A stretch of DNA of 64,000 bases from Fimbriimonadales bacterium. GTDB lineage: Bacteria > Armatimonadota > Fimbriimonadia > Fimbriimonadales > ATM1. The notes beneath the pieces were generated by a model. It was not told the origin of the DNA, searched no databases, and saw only the letters and a program-made list of their open reading frames with translations. Shown in pieces: positions 9,931 to 19,078 of the stretch (position 1 is its first letter; the number at the start of each line of letters is the position of its first letter). A program made the position numbers and the translations under genes. The stretch spans positions 1 to 64,000 of the forward strand of contig JBGTLG010000005.1 in the NCBI GenBank assembly GCA_041744215.1. Direction: 5' to 3'.

Positions 9931-11220
9931 ATGTCTCGGATCGGCACATTCGCGGTCGCATTAGCCGTCTGCCTTAGTTGCGGCGCCGAGCAGCAAGACT
10001 GGCCAGTGCGCTTTCGCGCGTACGGTGAAATGCTCGGACGTGCTAGGGCGATGCCGTTCCTCGGAATATACGCCGATCCGGGTGATCCAGTACCGAAGTC
10101 TAATGCCGGCATGATGCTGATGGGCGATCATGCGCCTGAAGCGAACGTTCTTTTCGCGAAGCTCTACTCAGTTGATATCGACGTTCGCGCAAATCTCGAT
10201 TCGGCATTCAGTACGGGTTTAAAAGCCGGGCTGGCCCTGCCTGAAGAGAAACTCTCCCGTCCCGTGTGGGCGGAACATTGGGATGAGATTACCGATACCG
10301 TTTCGTCAATTTATGCCGGGCGGCAGCTTACGCAGTATACGAAGCAGTTCGTGGAGGAGCATGTTAACGGCGAAGACTGGGAAACGGCGGCGGCCGTGGC
10401 GAAGATTCTCATCGCCGCATCGATCCACTCGAAACACGATAAACAGTATTCGCTGCAACTCCTCGAAGGAGCGCAAAAGCGCGCGGCTTCCAGAGAGGAA
10501 AGAATCTACTGGTCCGACTTGAGCGGCATTCTTTCTGACCTAGAGGATCGAGAACCGCCGCCTCCCCAGGAAAACGTCGGCACCGCCAGTCGGTTTGTTC
10601 ACGCCGAGTATCGCGGTCCGGGAAACTTGGAGGCGAGGCTGAGCGAGTATGCGCATGCCGTTGGTGTCGTCCATGAAAAGGTGGGCCTGCTCGATGTACT
10701 CGAAATCCCAGACTCCCGGTCAGCGTTCGACCCCTTTCGGGTGATGGTCATAGTTCAGAATGCGCTAGACCCTGAAGGAATCATCCTGCACGCCCATTCG
10801 ATCGCTACTGACGACTATGACCGTTTTCGCGAGAGATTCAGCGATGCGTACTCGATAGGAGCGAAATCGGCTGCCGACGCGCCGGAATTGGTCGAAATCG
10901 ACGACGCGGCTCTGCTGGAACTTCGAGAAGAGGCATGGCACCGACTCAGATCAGTCGAATGGGACGGGATGATGGACGCTGCCGCGAAGCAGTTCGTCGA
11001 GCGCATATTGCGCGCTTCTGACTGGAAGCACCGCGCCATCGCCGGGCGGTTCCTGTTGAGAGCTACGGCGGGCAGCACTGAAGGAAAGGCATACGCGCTA
11101 AGCATGGCCCGACGTGCGCTGACCCGAGCGACCGCCGATTCCGAACGCGCATTTTGGACAGAATTGATCGCACTGCTAGAACTGATATCGCCGAACAATG
11201 GGCTACCATCTCTTGACTGA
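9931..11220 (+). CDS. Hypothetical exported/lipoprotein with internal two-domain duplication
   Basis: Long ORF (439 aa from GTG 9901); from ATG 9931 MSRIGTFAVALAVCLSC is lipobox-like; halves share KQFVE..DW..A..K.Y.L..ER..W..L. Confidence 0.7.
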   Translation: MSRIGTFAVALAVCLSCGAEQQDWPVRFRAYGEMLGRARAMPFLGIYADPGDPVPKSNAGMMLMGDHAPEANVLFAKLYSVDIDVRANLDSAFSTGLKAGLALPEEKLSRPVWAEHWDEITDTVSSIYAGRQLTQYTKQFVEEHVNGEDWETAAAVAKILIAASIHSKHDKQYSLQLLEGAQKRAASREERIYWSDLSGILSDLEDREPPPPQENVGTASRFVHAEYRGPGNLEARLSEYAHAVGVVHEKVGLLDVLEIPDSRSAFDPFRVMVIVQNALDPEGIILHAHSIATDDYDRFRERFSDAYSIGAKSAADAPELVEIDDAALLELREEAWHRLRSVEWDGMMDAAAKQFVERILRASDWKHRAIAGRFLLRATAGSTEGKAYALSMARRALTRATADSERAFWTELIALLELISPNNGLPSLD

Positions 11221-11237
11221 GCGCCGGGTGCCCCCGT

Positions 11238-11304
11238 GTTCCACTGACTGATTCGCCCGAAACCACCGATCTGAATTCTGCTTCGTGCGAATCTGTCAGT
11301 GAAC
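11238..11304. repeat. Palindromic REP-like stem-loop element, copy 2 (inverted relative to copy 1)
   Basis: CACTGACTGATTCGC pairs with GCGAATCTGTCAGTG (14/15); GAATCTGTCAGTG identical to 9832-9844. Confidence 0.8.
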
Positions 11305-11451
11305 GGCGAATGGCCGGGGTGTGAAAGAAGAGCTTTCGCCCGGGCTCGATGGGGTAAACCAGGCCACCCTGCCCGATAGCTTTGCAATCCTCCTCCATCG
11401 GCATCTGTCCGTACGACCCGATTTCACGCACATCAATCCTATCCGTTCTCG

Positions 11452-11844
11452 TCATCCTTCACTCCCGCCAATTGTTGCTCGTTGGCTCCTTATCGCCGCT
11501 ATAGTGAGAATGCAATAGACTATGGGGACGGCCACAAATGCAATCACGGTGGTTACTTCCGGCCATTTGGATATTGTTAGCGACATCCCCACCAGCGCGA
11601 TGTTATGCGCAAACACCAAGGCGACAACATATCGCATCTGCGTCTTGAGCATTGGCACTTCGAGAGAGCGGACTCTCGTCATCAGAAGTAGCGAGTGGAG
11701 CACGAGGCCACAAGCGAAGCTCAGCTGGAGGGCATAAAGGTACGTCGTCACTCCCGTAATCGCAAGCACTCCAGAAGCTAGTACCACGGCAAATGGTATG
11801 ACCACAGTTGGCTCGCGAAGCAGAATAGTCATTTTGCGCTGCAT
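11452..11844 (-). CDS. Hypothetical membrane protein (~4 TM)
   Basis: AGGAG SD before ATG 11844; four hydrophobic segments. Confidence 0.6.
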   Translation of the reverse strand: MQRKMTILLREPTVVIPFAVVLASGVLAITGVTTYLYALQLSFACGLVLHSLLLMTRVRSLEVPMLKTQMRYVVALVFAHNIALVGMSLTISKWPEVTTVIAFVAVPIVYCILTIAAIRSQRATIGGSEG

Positions 11845-12078
11845 GAGATCACTCCTGCGCGATTTCTTAGAGGGCAACACTCACGGCTGCCCAGCCAGGT
11901 ACCCCGTAGATAATGTCAACCAATGATCGTTCCCCTACGAACGATTAAACCCTTTAGCGGCTGGCAATGTCCATTTGAGCTCCCTTTCGCGCAAGTCATG
12001 GCCACCATGCCGCTAGCCGCTCTGACGGCTCTTTGATCTGTTCGCTTTTTACTGCTTCTTTCATGGCAACACCTCACA

Positions 12079-12747
12079 TTATCTTCCTTCGCTCCAGTTG
12101 TCCAACGCTCTCGCTAGCGGGCTCACTAACTCCTCAAAGAACGTTGAACAGATGATTTCGTCGATGTGGTGCTCTCCCCAAAGCTGAATTGAGACATCTG
12201 GGCAACCGAAAACGATCGGTTGCCTCTGAAGTAGTATGGGCGCCCTACCGAATTGCATGTGATCAGCCTCTTCGACTTCATTGAAGACGAGGCAATCGCT
12301 ACCGACAGCCAAACGGCGATACCCCTGGATGCAAAACCGCCCTAACTCTAACGCAAGACACTCTATCAGGTTGGGAATGGAAGGTAGTGCTCCCTTGTAC
12401 TTTACAATGAACGATTCCACCTCCGAGGAGTAGATGCGAATTGTAGAATCACTCACCTGTCCTCGTATCGCCATTAGCCACTCGCCCAAGTCTTCTATAT
12501 CTACAACCGCCAGCATAGACCACTGCTCTATGCCCAAGCTGACCTGGACTGCATGTGCGATTTCGGAAACGGCTTCTCTAAATTCCGGTTCCGACTCGTC
12601 GCCATGCGAAGTGTCAAGACTGGGAGTCGCTCGTATTCGGTAGCACTGCTGAGCTTCGATTTTATGGACCTGTATTGGCTCGGGAGCGCAAGGCACTTTC
12701 TGCCAATCCAGTTGTGCTTGCTCCACTATCCATTCAAAGGAAGCCAT
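12079..12747 (-). CDS. Hypothetical protein
   Basis: 222-aa acidic ORF, AGGGGG upstream; no recognised motif. Confidence 0.6.
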   Translation of the reverse strand: MASFEWIVEQAQLDWQKVPCAPEPIQVHKIEAQQCYRIRATPSLDTSHGDESEPEFREAVSEIAHAVQVSLGIEQWSMLAVVDIEDLGEWLMAIRGQVSDSTIRIYSSEVESFIVKYKGALPSIPNLIECLALELGRFCIQGYRRLAVGSDCLVFNEVEEADHMQFGRAPILLQRQPIVFGCPDVSIQLWGEHHIDEIICSTFFEELVSPLARALDNWSEGR

Positions 12748-12897
12748 CCACGAACCCCCTAGTAAAGACGTAACCGTTCCCCTGCCGACTCAACTTCATT
12801 TTCACTACGTTGTTTTGCATGTTATCATCCGGGCGGGGTTCCCGCCGTTCGTCTTGTACCATTCACAGGATCGCCGCAAAGGAGCGGAGGCATAAGC

Positions 12898-13311
12898 TTA
12901 CTCATTCTTGTCCTCTTTTTCGCCACCAAGCCGGGAACCAGTAGCGGCTGCGTCGACGTGGTCATCCCTGAGATAGTAGATAATACCAAGCACCAAGCAA
13001 GCAGTCCGTATGCACAAAGCGAGTGAAAGCAAAAGATACGTTGCGACGCTGCCAAAATCGTTGGCTGTCACTATGATAGCAATCGCAAGAGGGACTGGAA
13101 AACCCACAAGAGAAAGGAGCAACCCCAAACAGCAACCCAATTCGCTGTAGGGATCGAAGACCGCAAAGCCAACAAAAATTAGAGCCGATACTGCAGCAAT
13201 GGCAAGTGGTTCCGGACCGAGACCAAACAGGAGCAGCGTTAGATCGAGCGTCCCCAACGCTAAGATAAAGAGCAGGAAGGCAACTTCAAACATCGTGAGT
13301 TGGAACTTCAT
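12898..13311 (-). CDS. Hypothetical membrane protein (~4 TM)
   Basis: GGAGG SD before ATG 13311; very hydrophobic. Confidence 0.6.
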   Translation of the reverse strand: MKFQLTMFEVAFLLFILALGTLDLTLLLFGLGPEPLAIAAVSALIFVGFAVFDPYSELGCCLGLLLSLVGFPVPLAIAIIVTANDFGSVATYLLLSLALCIRTACLVLGIIYYLRDDHVDAAATGSRLGGEKEDKNE

Positions 13312-13349
13312 GTCATTGATCCCTCCGCGTCTCGCCGTGCAAGCTGGAT

Positions 13350-13763
13350 TCATGCATCTTGAGTTTTATCGTGGTTTGCCGACCCATGGGCGCGGAACAA
13401 CTCCAGTGCGTCTTCCATCAGTAGCGAAGGCTTCGCGAGATCTATCAGCAATTGCTGAACATAGTAGGCACTTCTTCCCTTGCCCATTCCATCGATGCAA
13501 TCAAGTACCAGATTGTCATCAATCTTGGACAGTTCTGACGCATTTCGCTTCATCAATTGCTCAAGCAAGAGTTCAAGAAGATGGACTCTGATCCTCACAT
13601 GAGTCACAGCCATTCCCTGGTCGTGCTTTCGACGGAAAGTCAGATCAAACGGATTGAGCGGTGGCATATGGCACTCAATGTCGTGCGCCACAATTTTCAA
13701 GATCCGCTCTGCATCAGCTAGCTCCCGTTTCAAGTGATGTAGTTCCCATACTTCCTTTTCCAT
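13350..13763 (-). CDS. Hypothetical helical protein
   Basis: 137-aa ORF; ATG overlaps stop of an upstream micro-ORF (TGATG). Confidence 0.5.
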   Translation of the reverse strand: MEKEVWELHHLKRELADAERILKIVAHDIECHMPPLNPFDLTFRRKHDQGMAVTHVRIRVHLLELLLEQLMKRNASELSKIDDNLVLDCIDGMGKGRSAYYVQQLLIDLAKPSLLMEDALELFRAHGSANHDKTQDA

Positions 13764-13818
13764 CAATGGGTCGCATCGTTCTGTATGTTATCATCTGGGC
13801 GGGCGACCATCCCCCCTA

Positions 13819-14004
13819 TCATCTCGTCCAAACAAACCCGCAATCATGGCACTTCCTGTCACGGATCAATCTTATTGAGAGCAATAGGAGTGCCCCCACG
13901 ACGGTACAGACAGAAAGGATAATCAGGAAATTGTCATGGAAGAGACCGCGGTGGGAAATCCAGATGCCACAGTTTGGAGAATTGCACATAGGGCACGTGA
14001 TCAC
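13819..14004 (-). CDS. Small membrane protein with two CxxC pairs (zinc-ribbon-like)
   Basis: MITCPMCNS ... one TM ... KCHDCGFVW; GGAGG immediately upstream of start. Confidence 0.65.
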   Translation of the reverse strand: MITCPMCNSPNCGIWISHRGLFHDNFLIILSVCTVVGALLLLSIRLIRDRKCHDCGFVWTR

Positions 14005-14151
14005 CTCCGCTTTGCCTCCGATTGCGGCGGGCTTCTGCGACTGCGGATGCGTCGGCGCCTTTCATACATCAAACCTAGCACTGCCGTACCGCAACCCGCG
14101 ATCTCACGGCCACACGTGCGATGCCTTACCAAGCTCATCGACTTCCTCATT

Positions 14152-14484
14152 TCACCATAGTTGATTTCCAACCAATACCATTGCAATTGCAGTGGCGAAA
14201 AGCAATAGCTGTCGAACACACTGGGATCGACCCCGGCGATACTCCATCGCCGCCCTTATGAGTCCTACGCATCCTAAGACAACGGCTTGCACATTGGGTT
14301 CCCATTCATCGTGTAACGGGAGAAGATTTATGACGGTAATCAGGAGTGCGATAAGCGTCGCTTCGACTATGAACCAAAAGAGACGAAGCCACATCACAAT
14401 TAATGGTCCAATGAGGGAAGCTCTACGGACTCTCTCGTAAGCAGCCTCAAGTTCATCATCTTCTTTACTCATTGGTATGCCCAT
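14152..14484 (-). CDS. Hypothetical membrane protein
   Basis: 110-aa ORF, ~3 hydrophobic segments, GGAG upstream. Confidence 0.55.
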   Translation of the reverse strand: MGIPMSKEDDELEAAYERVRRASLIGPLIVMWLRLFWFIVEATLIALLITVINLLPLHDEWEPNVQAVVLGCVGLIRAAMEYRRGRSQCVRQLLLFATAIAMVLVGNQLW

Positions 14485-14488
14485 TTAT

Positions 14489-14845
14489 TCATCTCCCCGC
14501 GGGCGATCGTCTCCACTCCAGCATCCGATCCACAGTTGAAAGAAGGAAGACCTCGACCTCGTCGCAGGAGGCCAGTGTGTCGCCTGCGTCCACGGTGATA
14601 ATCTCGTCCTCAAGCACAATCGCGCCCATAGTCGTCGTCCCACACACTTTGCAGACAGCAGTATACGGGGCTCCTGCCAGCAAGTCGTCTGAGCTTGCGG
14701 CTCTAATCTCAATGTTTAATCTTATGCCGAGCTCGGCCAAGGGTCCTCCGATCGTGCCAATGAAGGCCTTGCAGCACCCCTCTAACGCAAGTAGATGCTC
14801 GGCGGCATTGTCTGAGGTCACCTCTGACCGATTACTCGCAGACAT
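14489..14845 (-). CDS. Hypothetical protein (paralogue of 14832-15260)
   Basis: AAGGAG SD; shares LAELG...A.C.V.G.T..G...FL pattern with upstream ORF. Confidence 0.65.
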   Translation of the reverse strand: MSASNRSEVTSDNAAEHLLALEGCCKAFIGTIGGPLAELGIRLNIEIRAASSDDLLAGAPYTAVCKVCGTTTMGAIVLEDEIITVDAGDTLASCDEVEVFLLSTVDRMLEWRRSPAGR

Positions 14846-15260
14846 TGTGTAAACTCCTTCGGGTCTTGCAACGGGAGGTGCGAAGCATATCCAGCAGCTT
14901 ATGGGTGCTTAAGTTTAAGAACTCGTCAAGGCTATGGACTGTAGCTGTCGCCAGGTCACTACTGCAGATTTCGAGTGAGTCAGTGTGCAACAACTCACCG
15001 TAGATGGTAAGCCCCCGAACTGCGCATTGCGCGCTAACTGCCGTTTTGCCAGCGAGAGATGTAGATCGAGTCTCAAGTTCGGCGTGGAACGCCAAACCAA
15101 GCTCAGCCAATACTCTTTCAGTTATGGCTGCATGCCGGCGGATGCGATTTTGCATCTCGCTCAAAAACTCCGCCTGTTCGACCTGACTATCGAGTCTCCT
15201 TTCGCCTAGCATTTGTCCTACTTCCCAAGTGACTGTTCGCCTGATTCTGGCCCATGCCAT
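14832..15260 (-). CDS. Hypothetical protein (paralogue of 14489-14845)
   Basis: 142-aa ORF overlapping the next ORF by 14 nt; same shared pattern. Confidence 0.6.
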   Translation of the reverse strand: MAWARIRRTVTWEVGQMLGERRLDSQVEQAEFLSEMQNRIRRHAAITERVLAELGLAFHAELETRSTSLAGKTAVSAQCAVRGLTIYGELLHTDSLEICSSDLATATVHSLDEFLNLSTHKLLDMLRTSRCKTRRSLHNVCE

Positions 15261-15278
15261 GAGCAGACTATGGATACC

Positions 15279-15785
15279 CTATTCTCGGCACCGCCCTCCC
15301 ATCGAACTCAGACGCTTCTTTCGGTCAATTGAAAGCGCCGAGGCCCAATGTTCGCTCAGTCTGTCCAACATTCTATTCCACTCTTTGTGAAACTCGCGAT
15401 CACGACGTTTTACATCTCGCCAGAGGCTAAGTAACTCTCTCAAATCCCCCAGGGTCTCGGCGTGAACAGGCACTAGCTCCTCGTCAACTTGTGGCAGCAC
15501 AGCACTCACCGATTCGAGTCGTTCGATGTTTGCTTTTAACGCTGAATGTATTCTGACGAAATCATAAGGATCCCAAATGAACAGGCCGCTATTCGCACGC
15601 ACAATCGCAATAACAACTGCCTTGTTAAACTTGGACTCTTTGAGAGCGTTTTCAACTGTTTCGGTAGCCATGCGAATGTCGCTTCTTTTGGACGCATAGG
15701 AAAGCGCGAAGTAGGCAATCACTACAATCACAAAGACGATGAAAGCAACATCTAACATCGAGTCAATAAGTGAAAGGTGAGTCAT
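15279..15785 (-). CDS. Hypothetical protein with N-terminal TM anchor
   Basis: 168-aa ORF; VAFIVFVIVVIAYFAL followed by helical soluble domain. Confidence 0.6.
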   Translation of the reverse strand: MTHLSLIDSMLDVAFIVFVIVVIAYFALSYASKRSDIRMATETVENALKESKFNKAVVIAIVRANSGLFIWDPYDFVRIHSALKANIERLESVSAVLPQVDEELVPVHAETLGDLRELLSLWRDVKRRDREFHKEWNRMLDRLSEHWASALSIDRKKRLSSMGGRCRE

Positions 15786-16019
15786 CTTCTTCTAGGTACA
15801 GGGAGGTGGCCGTGGATAAAGGCGGCATATCCAACAATGACTCGTGTTGATCGAGCATTAATCGGAGTCGACATGCCCGCATCGATAGCTGCTTTTGGCA
15901 GCAGCTCATTTGTAGCGGGGATGGCTTGTATGACCGCCGATCGTCCCTCCATGTCGCATTCCCGAGCACGTCGCTCTAAGAAGAATACGTTCCACTGCCG
16001 CTTTTGGGTGCCGAGAATG

Positions 16020-16043
16020 AGGGGGCGTTTCGAGTCGCCCCCT
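16020..16043. terminator. GC-rich hairpin at right edge of accessory region
   Basis: AGGGGGCG-N8-CGCCCCCT perfect 8-bp stem; no clear U-tract. Confidence 0.35.
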
Positions 16044-16162
16044 AGAGCCGATCCCTTAGCTCTTTCGATGAGTGACGACGGTGGCGAGGCAACGCAACCC
16101 GACCTGTGCGGGACGGCCGGGTCAAGCCGTCGCCGGGCAATCAACAACTCAGCGCGCGTGTG

Positions 16163-16657
16163 CTATTTGTTCCAAGCGTCTTCGGAGTCGGCGACGTCTT
16201 TGGTGAGCTTGTCGATCGTGCGCCTGAGGACTGCGGGCGTGATGGACCGATTTTCCATCGCGAATCCGAGCATCAATCTTTCGCTCGCTGTGATGTAAAA
16301 CTGGGTGGGCTGGATCTTGCCATTCCATTTCAGCATCTCTCGAAACTCAGAAGCCGGCGCGGTGGCTTTTGGAGCTTCGCCGAGGAAAACCGTGAGCCAA
16401 ACGTAGTTTTTGCTCGGGCTGACCTCGGCGGCTATGAAAATGTCGAGGCCATCGTGCACGACCTTGAACTCATACTTTTCCTTGCCGGGGTCGCTGTCCA
16501 GGTCTTTGGTTGTGTAGCCAAGCCCTTCGATCATGGCCCTGAGTTTCGCGGCGTCCAATTGGTCCTGGAGGGTCGGGCTCGAGAAGAGGAGGGCTGTGGA
16601 TCCAGTCGCCAAAACGGCGGCTGTGACCCAGGCACGAGTAAGGGTTTTCGAATTCAT
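16163..16657 (-). CDS. Exported protein with YbjN/CesT-like chaperone fold (tentative)
   Basis: Signal peptide; [34 protein letters not shown] resemble that family; host-like codon use. Confidence 0.55.
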   Translation of the reverse strand: MNSKTLTRAWVTAAVLATGSTALLFSSPTLQDQLDAAKLRAMIEGLGYTTKDLDSDPGKEKYEFKVVHDGLDIFIAAEVSPSKNYVWLTVFLGEAPKATAPASEFREMLKWNGKIQPTQFYITASERLMLGFAMENRSITPAVLRRTIDKLTKDVADSEDAWNK

Positions 16658-16734
16658 ATGGGTTTTTCCGGCAAATAGACGGTAGGCAGGGTCGTTTCGT
16701 CTGTAGAAAACTCTCATTGGGTAAGTTGAACCTC

Positions 16735-19065
16735 ATGGCCGCGCCCGCATCCACCCGACGCAAACGCACCCGCACGACCGAAGACCAGCTTCCGGTGCTG
16801 CCGGTTCGCGACGCTGTCCATTATCCAGGGCTTATAAACACCCTGCTCGTGGGCCGAGAGCTGTCGCTTCGGGCGCTCCATGCCGCGCTGGATGGTGAGC
16901 GGAAGGTGCTGGTTTTGACCCAAACCGATATGTCGGTGGAGGAGCCAACGCCCGCCGATCTCTATCGCGTGGGCGTTCTGAGCGAGGTGGTTCAGGTGCT
17001 TCCTATGCCCGACGGCACTATGCGCGTTGTTCTTCGCGGAATCTCGCGGTTTCGCGTTGAGTCGATCGCCTTTAGTCAGGGCTTCATTCGGGCGAAGGGC
17101 GCTGTTGTCAAAGAGAAAGAGATTTCTGGGGCGTCTGTTGATGCGACGATTCGTGAGGCGATGCGTTTGTTTGAGGAGGTTACTCAGCTCGGCAAGCAGA
17201 TTCCTTTTGAAGCTTTGCAGATGGCGGCGCACATCGAGCAGCCAGGCGCGCTTGCGGATGTCGTCGCGCACCATTTGCCGATACGACCCCAACAGAAGCA
17301 AGCGATATTGGAGACTTTCGATTCCGTTGAACGGCTTACGACAGTGCTGGGCTTGTTATCGCGCGAGCGCGATGTTCTCAATCTCCAAGCGGACATCCGT
17401 GGTCGCGTTGAGGAGGAATTGGGGCAGACACAGCGCGAGTACTACTTGCGTGAGCAACTCAAGATTATTCAGCAGGAGTTGGATGAGCGGGACGAACGCG
17501 GCGACGAAGTTTCGGAGTACGACGATAAAATCGCTCGAGCCATGATGCCTCCGGAGGTTCGCGAAAAAGCGGAGCATGAACTGAGGCGATTGGAGCGTGC
17601 GCCGAGCGCGAGCCCGGAGAGCATGGTGATTCGCACGTATCTCGATTGGCTGACAGCGCTGCCGTGGAGCGTGCTCAGTGACGACTCGCTGGACGTTCGC
17701 CATGCCAAGGAGATTTTGGATCGAGATCACTTCGGTTTAGATAAAGTTAAGGACCGAATCTTGGACTTCCTTGCTGTTAGGCAGTTGAGCGGCTCGCTGC
17801 GCGGCTCGATCCTTTGTTTTGTTGGGCCGCCGGGCGTGGGGAAGACGAGCATCGGGAAGTCGATCGCTGAGGCTTTGGGGCGCCAATTCGCACGAATGTC
17901 GCTGGGGGGGGTGCGTGACGAGGCGGAGATCCGCGGACATCGGCGAACTTACATCGGTTCGATGCCGGGGCGGATTATTCAAGGTGTCAAGAATTGTGGA
18001 ACTCGGAATCCGGTGTTTATGCTCGATGAGATCGACAAGATGACGTTCGATTTTCGTGGCGATCCGACCAGCGCGCTACTCGAGGCGCTTGATCCTGAGC
18101 AGAACGATAAATTCACAGACCATTACATCGAGGCGCCGTTCGACCTTTCCGCTGTGATGTTCATTTGCACAGCAAATCTTCTAGAAAACATTCCGTGGCC
18201 GCTGCGCGATCGCATGGAGATCATTCAGTTTCCGAGCTATACAGAAGAAGAGAAGATTGCGATCGCGGAAAAGTATCTGATTTCCAAGAAGCTGCTAGAA
18301 CATGGATTGAAGCAGCGACAGGTTTCGATTCCGGCGAGTGTTTTGCGCGAAATCGTTCGCGAATACACTCGGGAAGCCGGTGTTAGAAACTTGGAAAGGG
18401 AGATAGCGACTCTCTGTCGCAAGACAGCGCGGAAGTTTGCGGAAGGGAACAAAGGAAGAGTGTCGATAACCAGGAAGACCCTCGGAGAGTTTCTCGGGAC
18501 ACCAAGGCACACATGGGGGTCAAAGGAGCAGCGGAATGAGGTGGGCGCTGCAACCGGCTTGGTTTACACAGAGTTTGGGGGGGATGTTGTGACGATTGAG
18601 GTGAGCCTGATGCCATCTCAGAACCCGGACAGCCAATTGATCCTGACGGGGCAGCTAGGCGAAGTTATGAAGGAGTCCGCACAGGCGGCTCTCACGTGTA
18701 TTCGGAGCAGGTTTCCGCAAAGCGGCCCTACGGACGTGCACATCCACGTTCCCGCGGGGGCAGTCCCGAAAGACGGTCCGAGCGCCGGAATCACTATGGC
18801 GACCGCGTATGCGTCGGCTCTGACGGGGAGGCCGGTTAGGGCGGATGTCGCGATGACGGGTGAAATCACGCTTCGGGGGAAGGTGCTGCCGATTGGGGGC
18901 TTGCGCGAAAAGATATTGGCTGCACACCGAGCGGGAATCGCGAACGTGATCATCCCTTCTGAGAACAAGCGTGACCTGGTGGATGTGCCTAAGCAGGCTG
19001 TGGATGAGCTAACGATCCACTTCGCTCGGAAGATTGACGAGGTGCTGAAGATTGCTTTGGCTTAG
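16735..19065 (+). CDS. lon: ATP-dependent protease Lon
   Basis: LPVLPVRD N-domain, [32 protein letters not shown] catalytic Ser. Confidence 0.98.
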   Translation: MAAPASTRRKRTRTTEDQLPVLPVRDAVHYPGLINTLLVGRELSLRALHAALDGERKVLVLTQTDMSVEEPTPADLYRVGVLSEVVQVLPMPDGTMRVVLRGISRFRVESIAFSQGFIRAKGAVVKEKEISGASVDATIREAMRLFEEVTQLGKQIPFEALQMAAHIEQPGALADVVAHHLPIRPQQKQAILETFDSVERLTTVLGLLSRERDVLNLQADIRGRVEEELGQTQREYYLREQLKIIQQELDERDERGDEVSEYDDKIARAMMPPEVREKAEHELRRLERAPSASPESMVIRTYLDWLTALPWSVLSDDSLDVRHAKEILDRDHFGLDKVKDRILDFLAVRQLSGSLRGSILCFVGPPGVGKTSIGKSIAEALGRQFARMSLGGVRDEAEIRGHRRTYIGSMPGRIIQGVKNCGTRNPVFMLDEIDKMTFDFRGDPTSALLEALDPEQNDKFTDHYIEAPFDLSAVMFICTANLLENIPWPLRDRMEIIQFPSYTEEEKIAIAEKYLISKKLLEHGLKQRQVSIPASVLREIVREYTREAGVRNLEREIATLCRKTARKFAEGNKGRVSITRKTLGEFLGTPRHTWGSKEQRNEVGAATGLVYTEFGGDVVTIEVSLMPSQNPDSQLILTGQLGEVMKESAQAALTCIRSRFPQSGPTDVHIHVPAGAVPKDGPSAGITMATAYASALTGRPVRADVAMTGEITLRGKVLPIGGLREKILAAHRAGIANVIIPSENKRDLVDVPKQAVDELTIHFARKIDEVLKIALA

Positions 19066-19078
19066 ACGTCTGCCATAA

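Noticed and set aside
16020-16043. tRNA 3' remnant (TTCGAGT T-loop-like) as attachment site
   Set aside because: Simple hairpin; no acceptor stem, CCA or matching tRNA in the window
11452-16147. Integron cassette array
   Set aside because: No intI; many ORFs overlap leaving no room for attC; the nearby hairpins begin GTT and end AAC-like, opposite to attC R''/R' polarity
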